A DNA stretch of 63,994 nucleotides, counting the filler, from Circinaria calcarea (lineage: Eukaryota), in the NCBI GenBank assembly GCA_051942165.1. It is 5 parts of 5 records of this genome, joined end to end, with 100 filler letters (N's around TTAATTAATTAA, not from the genome) between each part and the next. Parts side by side here need not be neighbours in the genome. Positions count along the whole stretch, not along the records: positions 52,406 to 63,994 come from JAVECS010000664.1; 4 more parts are not named here. One strand, given 5' to 3'. A program made the translations under genes and the position numbers. Below, piece by piece: positions 53,189 to 63,994 of this stretch. The notes under the pieces were generated by a model. It was not told the origin of the DNA. It searched no databases and saw nothing but the letters and a program-made list of their open reading frames with translations. Numbering within the stretch: the stretch's first letter is position 1; every line of letters starts with the position of its first letter.

Positions 53189-54319
53189 GGGTCTTATATG
53201 GGTCTACGTCTATATGTCCTTCTACCCCTCTTAATCTACTCATTTCCACTATTGCTAACTAGCCTAAAAGATAGAGATAACCCCTGAGACCGTAGGCTTT
53301 ACCCGGGAACTATATAAACCCTTCCTATTCCCTGAGCACCCTAATAGGACTGAACGCTACAAGCTATCTCTAGCATTAAACCCATCATTCAAGTAAATCC
53401 CTCCCACGAAATAATATCCTCCCAACGGAAATTCCAACCTCTCCTCGGGCGTGGGCCGCAGTCAGAGCGAAAAACTTGGTGTGGGATAAAACTTGACATT
53501 AGGGATCCAAGTTCAACCATGTATGAATACTACTGGGCCTTGCTGACTCGACAAAATGTATAGCAGAGAGCAGATATGGCTTTGGGACGCCGTTCCAACC
53601 GAGTCCAAACCAAAGTAGATACAAGGAATCATCCTCCAGCCTTGCCATATACCGTGATTGCAACAGCAAAAGGCAAACTAGAATCGTCCCGACTCGGTCG
53701 CATTGGCGGTGCATACTCCCAAGGCTCTATAGACGACGATGCTCTCGTTTGCAAGATTGATTGTCCAATCAGACTCATCCTTAGCTCTATATCAGCTATG
53801 GACTTAATTATTATTTACAACCCCTTCGTCTTCGGCTAGTTAGCTGAAAGACGATGCAATCATGGTTGCGTTCTCTGAACTCGAAAGACGCCGCATAACT
53901 GCATGCATGCATGATGTATGCAATGTAACGGGATCGGCGATCGGGGGTAATCAGATGATCCCTTGCATGCCGTACGAAGGTATTAGAAACATTTCTTTCC
54001 CCAGCAAAAACGACTGCCAAGAGTTAGGCGCGAGGGTCCGAAAACCTTTCAACAAATGTGCTATACGTGCATAAGTTACGTGAGAGTTACTGAGTGAGCC
54101 TCGACAGATTAATTTCCCCCCTTTGGTTTTTTTCAAACGTCTCAGCAACGCACGGCGTGGTCTCATTCAAGCTAGCAGAGTTGGCTTAATAACAAGGGAG
54201 CGTCTATCCTCCTTAACACGAGTTATACTAATAATGGCTTTTTTAAATATAACGCTCGCTGACTATGGTTGTGCGAGTATAATGAAAGGGTTATTCTCTT
54301 TAGAAGAATAAGCATTCCG

Positions 54320-55673
54320 TTAATACGACGGATATCGATAGCAGAGAAGCTCTGTCTCTGTATTCATTATATCCGACACTCTAACATTAGGAGCAAGACC
54401 ATGCATGTCGAGTATATCATCCAACGACGCGTTTATAGAGCTACCTCTAACAAGACCGGAGTATGATTGCAGTCTTTCCGGGATATTGAATTGCTGCCAT
54501 GTCCACCATAACCTATCGAGCTGGGTGTGATGAAGAAAGAAAACGGGATCTACCAAATGGCTCAGCAACTGCGTAGAGGGAGATACGAAACTAGACGCTA
54601 TGAAAACGGAAGTAAGATTAAAAGGGGAAACATGATCGATACGAAGCAAAAGAAATTAAGGATATTATATACATACCATATGGAGCTGTGAATTTAAGGA
54701 AGTCACCCCGCACTCCGTAAGGAATCCCGTTATGTGGTCCATGCTCCAATCCAAGATTGAATAATTCGTAGTTTGTGGCGCTGAGCGCTTCCTCGATGGC
54801 TTCGGGTTTGAGTCTTCTGGCGGAAGTTTGTTCTAACTCCACCCCACCCAGAAAGCCACGGGATAAGCAATGCGACTTTTCCTCGATGCCATAGGATGAT
54901 GCGGTCAGGTATGCAAAGGGACCATCAGTAACGCAGCTGCCATTACCGACGGAAGGTTCGCCGGCACCGTTTCCCCCAAATCCGCTCTCCCTATCCCAGA
55001 TAGGTGACTTGGTGATATCTTCCCAATCTAAGACCCAGTCCCAGTACCTGCGGGGCGCCATTAGCTGCGCCTCCTAGCTTTCTAGTCGACATGATTTACG
55101 CAAGGTGACCACTGTAATCACATTTCTTCTTCAAAGCCGTTTCAAAAATATGAATGAAATATCGATGCCACGCGAGAAACGCAGCAGTGTCATGGACTAG
55201 GGGCCAACGCAAGTAAGTAAGACTTCAAAAGATATAGAGCCCATTCAAGACTTACTATGGCCGCGGAGTTGAGTGTGGACCCATGGGAAATCATCGTATA
55301 GTGTCTGGTTAGGATCCAGTGTGGAGGGCGTAGACCGAAGACACTGGACAGCTGTGACGTACTTACTCTTTTCGGACTTGCTCAAAGTGCGCCATTCTCG
55401 ACGAATGGCCGGCGCTTTGCAAGGTAACGAAGGCTGCGTTGAAAATTGTTGCGATGTCGAAGGATGCGTATGTTTTTGGAAAAGTGTGCCGCCTATGAAG
55501 CCACAAGCAAGACAAAGAAGGATCACGCCTGTTGAAACAATGAGTCGATATCGCGACCGCTCGGGGACTGCGAGAATGGTGGGACTCAAGTCCTCGTCCT
55601 TCTCGTCATGGTTGGTATCGGGAAGGAGAGAATAGCGCCCAGTGCGCACCGGAAATTGGACGAATTGTAACAT
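54320..55673 (-). CDS. Membrane-anchored tyrosinase-like di-copper protein (UstQ/PhomQ-like), 4 exons
   Basis: N-terminal TM, RREWRTLS, YDDFPWVH, HDTAAFLAWHR, YWDW, GFGGNG, CVTDGPF, DPVFFLHHTQLDRLWW. Confidence 0.88.
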
Positions 55674-56159
55674 TTGCGGACTGTGTGTTACATGAGATGA
55701 GAAACTATTATATTAAGAAGCCCCTCGGGGACTGAAGCCCTCTAATTATTCGCTTCATCGGAGCGGCTTCTATTATACCCGCTCACGCGGCTGACAGGTT
55801 GGCAACCCCGACCGTTAAATTACTCGCTAAACGTTAACCTCTAAATTTGTGGGAAGCTTCCAGTGCTGGTGGCCCCTAGGCTGAAAGGGTCAGTAGCTAC
55901 GCTTGGGGAATACTTAGAGTGGCCAACTTCTTGGTTAAGCGCGTGCCAGCCTGCTCCGTACAGGTTCTATGCAAACGAAGCGGCAATCCCACGCTCGCTT
56001 TACGAATAGGCGGGTAAGAAGAATGGATGGCAAACCGAGGCAATACTACTTTCTTAAGTACTGGTTAAGACGTATAGCTAGCTACTCAAGCGTTATAACC
56101 GATTTCTTATTCCTCCGTTCCCTCCCTTCCTAGGTTCTAAGATACAGATTTATTATAAA

Positions 56160-58282
56160 CTACATAGAATGAACACTAGAGTTCCTAGTCCAAGCCCGGA
56201 ATGACTTCCCCTTCCAACAAAACAAAATCCCGGACAGACAGCATAATGTAATCAGGCTCATGTTTGTCATAATTGGAGGGATATAGCCGTCAGCAATGAT
56301 CCATTTGGTGATGAAGCGCGAGAGCCCATAGCCCCAAAGGTTCTTCACGACGGTAATCGTGACAAAGATCGATCCGGCAACCGGTTTATAAGAATCGACG
56401 GCGTAAGTGGAGGAGATTGCCGGGAGAGCGGCGACCTGGATACCAGCGCAAGTGTAGCCAATGATGACGATGATCTGGAAAACTTGGGTTAGCGAGACGC
56501 TTGAATGAGATGAGTACCACGATGAAAATAACGTTAGGGAAACTATGGGCACTGTGAACACAGTAGAGACAGAAAAGCAAAAGACGTGCTTATTAAACAG
56601 AAAGCCGGATTCATAGAATGGGAAGAACAAACCTTCCAATTCCAATGGTTCTGGTACCCAAATCCCACTATGAAGTTTCCCAATATCATGATCAAAACAT
56701 AGGGTATCATGGTTGGCAGTCTCATCTCAGGCTCCCTAATGCCATTGTTTCTTCTAGTAGCACGCATACTTGCCCAATCACTCAAAGGCCCCGCAGTAAC
56801 CAAACCAATTGCTAGGCCAATGACGACGGCGAAGTTGAAAAACCCTATAGTCTCAGATGAGAATCCATAGGGTGGTGCGGCAAATGCTTGTGATTGAGTA
56901 AGGTTGACGGTTAAAAAGGATGAAGCGCTCCATGCGACAACGAAGGAAGCAAAATCAATAATAGGAAATGCAAGCAATTTCCATGGTATCCAGAAATCAA
57001 GGATGAGAATTCGAAGGGCCTGAACGTTGGGTTGATATAACCCAAATTGCCGCTTGCTCGGTGTCCCTCTGAGAGGATGCGATATTTTTGTGGGATGACA
57101 AGCGGTTGCATCATTGTGTAAAGTACCCTCATCATCAGGAGTAGTTCCGTTTTCCATATTGGAAGTATCCTTTCTTTTCTCATCAATAGTGTTCCCTGCG
57201 CGATCAGATGGATTTGGAGTCGCATGCTTTATGGCAGGAATGCTTTGAGTAAAACAGCGATCCCATTTAGTATCTGGAAACCCGAAGAGGCTTATAACGA
57301 ACGCGAAGCCTAGCAGAGCAACGTTAAGCCACCAGAAACTGCGCCAGCCAATGCGATCTGCCATGAGGCCGGCGATTATAGGGGAAACCTAGGAAGGACT
57401 TAGCCTGCTATAGTTTAGACTGCCGGCGCCAGTTCGACTCCTTACCGCAAGGGACCCAAAGTAAAAGGCAAAGTATAGTGTGTTGTACTTCCCCCTATTA
57501 TGCAAGAAAATAAGGTCTGCAGTAATCTGAGGTTGCAGAGTCTACCCACGAGACATTAACCCAATGCCACCTATTGCAGATATAATGGCTACCCGTACCT
57601 CACCAGGACCAGCCCCAAGACCGTTAAGCACACTAGCCCCCATAAAACTGCCATATGTCTGAGCGCGAGCTCTCCAAACCATGCTACCCAGAGAAAGAAG
57701 AGTCGAAGCTAGAAGAACAGGTCGACGACCGAATGACGTACTGAGAGGAATCCTTACCAACTATTAGTATAATCTGTCGAAGCAACTTCCAAAAACGGAG
57801 GAAGATACCAGATGAAATTGCTAAATCCCAAGACTAGGATGCAGATACCTGTAAACTGCGCTACGTTTTCCAAATCCGAGTGGAAGTCCTCTATCAGTTG
57901 TGGAAACATGGGCGCGATCGCCAAAGGCCCAAACCCCTGTGCAAAAGAAACCATGGTAGCGCATGCTATGGCTGACGCCTTCCAAGTTGTGCTCCAATTC
58001 TTTTCCTTGTGGTTTAGTTTCACTCTCGAAAACCCAGCGTTGCAAACTGGAAATAGCGAGGCTCACCAATGGATCGTGAGGATCATCGGAAGGCTGCGGT
58101 ATCAATACCAAATCTAATTTTACATTGAGGACGTGATTATCTCCCATGGCCTCTGTTCCCGGCAAGGTTTGGGTGTCAGGCCTCTGCTCCAGCTCGTGGA
58201 GTGCCTATGTCATTGAAAGTATTAGTTACACGCCTTTGAAGTCATGAGGAAACCTTGCTTTGTTATCATAATTCATCTCCAT
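56160..58282 (-). CDS. MFS transporter (DHA1/Hol1-like), multi-exon
   Basis: LIPQPSDDPHDPL|NW, FGRRPV, GWRSFWW, REPEMRL, TYAVDSY. Confidence 0.9.
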
Positions 58283-59315
58283 CACCTTATACGGTCCTTT
58301 AAACGTGACCAAGCTATCTGCTATTTAATCCCGAAGCGTTAAACAGTTGATTTCAAGAACATGTCCCGACGAGTATCCTCAAGACGAATACAGAATGAAA
58401 CAGGGATTGTTTTCGTCCCTTATCGGATTGCGGCTATCATTACTTCCTCCACGCGCTGGAAAAGAAGCATATCTTTCCGTCCTGCCACACAACATCCCGA
58501 TAAGTTAGGGGCGCGGGTTTCAACTGCTAAAGAACGTGGGATACCCATCACACGATGATGATTTTATGTTTTGCTCTTCTGCCGATCATCGAACATCGTG
58601 CATGCCTCAAATACATTCGCAGAGCCTGATCTCTCCCACACGACCCACTGGGGTCCCTGGTATCAGTGCAGCCCACCAGTTCAATGGCCCAATGGGTGAA
58701 AGGCCTTATTCCGTTATCAGTGGTTTCCCGGGGGCAATGCAGAGTACGGAGTACGGTGAGCCTGCTTTCAGCTTGCCGTCGTGGCAGAGCGAGGCTGGAA
58801 GACGGCTTTATTGGTGTAAGACCCGAGACTCGGGCCGATCCTTTATTGCGGCTCAGCAACACACACCCGAGCAAGCCTTAGTACTACCACCTTGCAACCC
58901 TCGTCCACTCCCTCTCTGCCCCACCTCCTGCAGGATTTTCATCCCTCCAGTGTGATGTCGGCGAAAAAGAGCAAAGAGTCGATCCCGTTTCTTGTTGCTG
59001 TGCATGCTGTGCATGCTTGGCAGTTCGCAACGTAATGTGAATAAGGCCTCCAGCATCAATCTCCTCGACGACGTGATAGAAGGGCGAAGCTATCACGTTC
59101 TAAAAGCCGCGCCGATGCTTTAGATTAAGCTGGATAGGTATCTATACCTATAGAGCAGCACTGCTGTCGTTCCAAAGAAATAAGCTTTTTGTACGCTTTC
59201 TCCACCTCAAGTACCGAACATTCTCCAGGACTGGCTGCTCCGCCAAGTACCATCTTGTTCACAATTTTGTTACTGTTACGACTAGTTGAATCTACTCAGA
59301 TACTGCTACCTAGAG

Positions 59316-60848
59316 ATGTTTCTCCCCATATTGATGCTCCGGGAAACGGTTCGTGGAGGGCTTTCTCCTCCTCCAGGCACTACTCCAGACTCAGGTCTCA
59401 AAACATACATTGTTGTTTGCCAGGCGTTATGCTACTCGTTGGTTAGCGGCTTCGTCCTGGCGCGAATGTACACAAAGATCTATATCAGACAGAGAGTGGA
59501 GATGGAAGACTGTAAGATCCCTTTAGCATCCTTAGAAAAGTCACTCGAGGGATGTGCTAACACTACCGGCAACAGATACCTGTGTTGTCGCATGGGTATA
59601 CAAGCTCCTTCAAACTAGCCGTCGGGGATTTACAGCTGAGTATTCACATCAGGGCCTTGCTATGATACTCTCCTCGCTGGCAATAGCGTGTAAGAACCCA
59701 ACTTCCTGGGATGTAGTGTTACCATCTTCCCATCAAGTAATAACGGCTTTTAGGTCTTAAATACGGTGGAGGTACCCACGAACCGAATGTCTCTGGAGAA
59801 AACGTTATATCCTTTCTGCGGGTAAGTCCTTTATCAAGGGAACTATGGCACACAAGTCCCTTATATACTGTCAATAATAGATCCAATACTTCGCTCAGCT
59901 TTTATATTATATCGCAGCCCTCCTCACCAAGACCTCGATCCTTTTCCTCATCGCTCGAGTTTTTTCACCACACCATAGAGTGGTTCTTTTTACGCGCATC
60001 CTTATTGGTTTGATGCTAGCATATTACATACCAACTTTCTTCATCAGGATCTTTAGTTGTAATCCAGTATACCGAAGCTGGGACATACGGGTTCAGGGGA
60101 CCTGCATCAGCACATCGAAAATATTTCTAGTAGACTCTTTCATCAGTCTTCTTACCGACTTTGCTATTATAATCTTACCCATGCCATTAGTTTGGAAGCT
60201 GCAGACGTCCAAGCGGCACAAGCTCAGGATTATGCTAGTCTTTGGAGCCGGCAGCCTGTTGGTGCTCCGCTGCTTCGAATACCTTGGTATATTCAACTAA
60301 TGCCGTTTCTAGACCGTGTGCCGCAATAGTGTCACGCACCTACAAGCTTTACACCCTCAATCCACTCGACAGCACCTGGACAGTCATGATTATTATGCTT
60401 TTAGCGTAGGTGGATCCCGCTCTCTCTCGCCCTTTCTATGTCCTGGCTGATTCATGATGCAAGCATTGCGGAAATCAACATGGGTATCATCTGTGCCTGC
60501 TTACCCGTTCTCCCTATCCTCCTGCGGCAGATCTTACCGTCCAAAAGCAAAACAGCCAGCGATAACTCGACTTACCTCCGCTTGGGAAGACTGCGATCAG
60601 CCCCTTCGTGGCCAGGCCAAACAAGCTCAAAACCGAGTAAGACGATCCACACTGTTGCGGGAATAGAGGAAGCTGGGTTGGTGGAAGATACTGCGCAGGG
60701 GAGGCTAGAGGTATCCATCTTGGCGGGGACGGATCAGCTCCCCATTGAAGGGTTTTGGGAGGGCGAAGGCATTCTGAAAACAACCAAGATCGAGCAGACG
60801 TATCCAGAAGGGCCTCGCCCGCCTGATAGAGCATTGGCAGAATGTTGA
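59316..60848 (+). CDS. PTH11-like (fungal rhodopsin-domain) integral membrane protein without CFEM
   Basis: ARMYTK, KYGGGTH, TKTSIL, CNPVYRSWD, TDFAIIILPMPLVWKLQ, EINMGIICACLP; several short exons. Confidence 0.85.
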
Positions 60849-61243
60849 AACTTAGAACTCGATTGGGTATTAAAAACTCTTAGCCGGCGTGTTTGATTCT
60901 ATTGATCCCCAGATATGTATTCGCATGCTCTCTTTATGGATCCCTATCGAGTTCCCGTAAGCAGATAACTAAAGTATCTCAGTTTGATCCGACTAATTCC
61001 TTTTAAGGATGATTAGGAAGATTAGCGCATGCACCACGGAATCTCCCCGAGCTAAAGAGGAGCCCAGGAAATTACGTAATCGAGCAACACTTGCACAGTG
61101 TAACGCTGCCTATCTATGTATAGATAAATATATACACACATACGATCGACTAGATAACACCACTCTGCCCATTACTCTTTCACTATGCGGGCGACCCAAG
61201 ACGCTCACAGGATCCCATACCAGACAAGAGACACAACTCGAGC

Positions 61244-62730
61244 ATGGAAGAAGGCCGTGAACCGTCAACTGGGAACCAGGGACATGGGAAGGGGAGAAAA
61301 GAGATCAAGTATCCGTTTAGTCGGGGTTTCCATGCTTCTGCGAGGTAGGTACAAATCAAATACAGTACACATCTACACAATCTACATACGTACACATTGC
61401 CCCGATATGCCCCAACGCACCGTTGCGAATATTATGATCGGTATAAACCAGGGGGGAAGAATATTTTAATAAAATAGTTGACAATCGGATCAGGCTTCAA
61501 GTCCAACACCTGATGTGGAATATTCGACTCGGGTATCTGCTGCACCCGGAGATCCCACTCGAGCACAACGGAAACACCGAGCTGAGGATTGCAGACGTTG
61601 GCGCCGGGAATGCGTAAGTGGTAGACTTTCTCATTCGACATCACAATCAACTTACCGACTTCCTTCACCCAATCACACTACTCCCTAGCAAACCCCTTTC
61701 CTCTTCATCTCTTCTCCTCTGCCTGTTCCCCTATTTCCTTTCCCTTCCCCTTTCCCTTGGAATGGACCTATACCCACCATAATCAACCACTTATTTCTAC
61801 CCCTTATTATACGATTCCAGAATCTGGCTCCTCGAACTAGCGCGCCACCTTTCCCCCTCTGCCGAACTCCAAGGCTTTGACATTTCCGCCGATCAGTTTC
61901 CTGCTAAAGAATGGCTCCCACCCAACATTTCGTTGTACACGTGGGACGCGTTTGGTGAAGTTCCATCCCATATGTATGGGTTATTTGACATCGTCCACCT
62001 GCGAACGTTTACAGTTGTGATTAAGGGGGGCAATCCGGCGCATCTGCTGGGGAATTTGGTGAAAATATTGAGTGCGTCGTTTCTTCTTCAGGTACTAGGT
62101 GAAGGGAGGTTTGAGGAGCTGCAATGGATTCGGACTTTCTGGCTGCTGCTGATAGGACGGTGCTTACATAGGACCGGACGGATACATCCAATGGGATGAG
62201 ATTGATGTCGGCTCGTACCACGCCACATCGCCGAATCCAGGTACATCCAGCGCAGCGAGTAGCCAACTGATACAGAGGTTCTTAAACCACGTTGCGCAGT
62301 CTGACTTTAAATTCGAGTTCGTTTCCATCGGTTCCGAGAGTGCTTTCCCTCTTTGCACCTCCACTTCCTTCAAGACAAAGTCCTAATGACTGCCTTTCTT
62401 CCTAGTTGGATTTCTCAACTCCCCCAGTGCTTCCAAAATCTCGGCCTCACCGTCATAAGCTCGTGTCGTCTCCCCGTTAGGGACGACATGCGTAAAGCGG
62501 AAACCGACGACCATTTGATGGCGCTCGAAGATGTGAGCTCTACTCTCCCGGCGAGTGGGATCCAGGATAGCACCTCGGAGGCGGAGGCGGTTGGACTGGG
62601 TACCAGGGAGCAATTTGGTGAGATATTCAGGGCGATGGTAGAAGAAACACAAAGAGGCGTGAGCTTAAGCATGGTCTGGTATAGCTGTGTTGGAAGGAAA
62701 GATGTGGTGGGCGTTAATGCGAAATCATAG
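61244..62730 (+). CDS. SAM-dependent methyltransferase (LaeA/UMTA-like family)
   Basis: YPFSRGFHASAR|LQVQH across intron 61345-61493; LRIADVGAGNA|IWLLEL, GFDISADQFP, FDIVHLR, GYIQWDE. Confidence 0.85.
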
Positions 62731-63348
62731 ATGCGAGGTTATCTTGTTGAACCAGAAGGACGCATACTAAACGGCGGAAATTTCCAGGCAAAGTTGGTTG
62801 CTAATCCTATGGAGAAACCACGCCAAGGGTCTCAAACCATTGGGCGTATGCTTTTCGCCCAATATGCTGAGCTGATAAACCCAGCAACCAACCGTGGCCT
62901 ACCACCCAACCTTGTGGTGGACGAACCAAGTGAGTCATTCATCTAGAAAGGTACCGACATAATGATTATGGCTTTGCAGTTCGAGCTAGGCTTTCCAGCA
63001 AACCCTACTGGAAGTCATATCCAGACTACTGAAATGGGAAATCAAGCAGTCAACTCACTGGCCTTAATATCAGGTCGATATACCCTTACTGCTTTGGATA
63101 TGCTGTCCCAGCTATCAGCTGCGCATCTAGTCGCGCTTTATCAGGCGCTAGATCTACGGGTAATGAATATTCGATACCTCGAGGCTTTATACCCAGATTT
63201 CGGCACTATAACCAAGGCGGCATTTGCAGGCGTCTTGAAGGATCTTATACGTCTAGAAACCTTTCAAATTGCATTATGGGCTGTATTGAAAAAACGAACT
63301 GGCGCACTATACGTTGTGGTTATGGAATGCTTAGAAAGCATCTTTTAA
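62731..63348 (+). pseudogene. Internal fragment of phenylalanine/histidine ammonia-lyase (PAL)
   Basis: GGNFQA, ELINPATNRGLPPNL, KGTDI, ELGF.ANP, EMGNQAVNSLALIS. In-frame TAG at 62944-62946. The N-terminal half with the ASG/MIO motif is missing. Confidence 0.88.
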
Positions 63349-63994
63349 AAATAATCGAATTTTGTTACGCATTCGCTTGAATTGATTTCTTAAGCTCCTG
63401 TGTTCCTTGTAGCATATATAATCTATCTTCACTCCGAAAATTTAGTCGCTGTCAGGTCTTTCCCATGAAATCCTCGGCTAGATTAATCAAACTATTACAT
63501 AGGTCCTTGGGTTTGCTAAGAAAGGGGCTATGACTGGTGTCGAAATCCTTAATCGCCCACTCCAACCCCACTGGCCTCCAACATCATATCCTGCAACGAA
63601 CAAAGAAAATGACTTCATCCTTTAGGACGCGGATATAGGAACGACGACCATTATAAACTGGATTAGGGTAGTCCGGGGAACCAGATGGGCCAGTGAACGA
63701 TTTGACAGAGTGACCATGCACAACAGCTATGACTTCGGAACAAATAGGATCTAGGACATCTCCTTAAAGGGGGTCTCCTTAGGAGTGCGCACCGACAAAA
63801 AGCCCAGTCTCCTCCTAAGCAAAGATAAGCGGAGTGAAAGCCATAAGAACGGGAAAAAACTAACATTAACTTTCTGCACATGCCGCCCATTGTCCACCGG
63901 TTATATCGTAGAGAGGAAGATCCTTTCCTTGGGAATAAAGGCACACATTATCGGTAGAAAGTACCCTAAGCTGCAGTTCCACTAGGGAATTTTC

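Noticed and set aside
53200..54300. Search for a RiPP precursor or DUF3328 gene beside the tyrosinase
   Set aside because: No signal peptide with KR/RR-delimited repeats and no paired HxxHC motifs are visible.
61309..61440. Possible alternative in-frame exon (YTLPR...EYYDR) inside methyltransferase intron 1
   Set aside because: The frame fits, but the required upstream intron has no branch site, and the simpler model already supplies the family motif.

Overview
Eukaryotic DNA from a filamentous ascomycete (Pezizomycotina; lichen-forming Lecanoromycetes is my guess, not established), with intron-containing genes. The window is not one locus. It is five contigs joined by artificial 100-nt N/TTAATTAATTAA/N spacers, and the complete contigs fall in length (13,023; 12,987; 12,971 nt), so they look size-sorted and unlinked. 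Contig 1: MET10, an AAA ATPase, a SNF2/Uls1-like helicase and an orphan HExxH protein. Contig 2: cyclin B, RML2, a Zn2Cys6 factor and TRM11. Contig 3: SMC5, fumarase and a Clg1/Pcl-type cyclin. Contig 4: SER2, IPI3, an SGNH/PC-esterase-like protein, an aquaporin, an SDR and a HET-domain gene. Contig 5: a TOK1 fragment, a UstQ-like tyrosinase, an MFS transporter, a PTH11-like receptor, a SAM methyltransferase and a PAL pseudogene. Best leads: (1) an AUG-depleted ~1 kb leader with uORFs and paired Gcn4/CpcA sites before the Pho85-type cyclin; (2) a recurring C-rich to G-rich skew flip at gene 3' ends and contig breaks; (3) a possibly decaying aromatic/RiPP-like tailoring neighbourhood whose tyrosinase lacks a CuB histidine; (4) a HET gene with alien codon usage. 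I found no clearly new system, and no tRNA, rRNA, CRISPR array or intact transposon.
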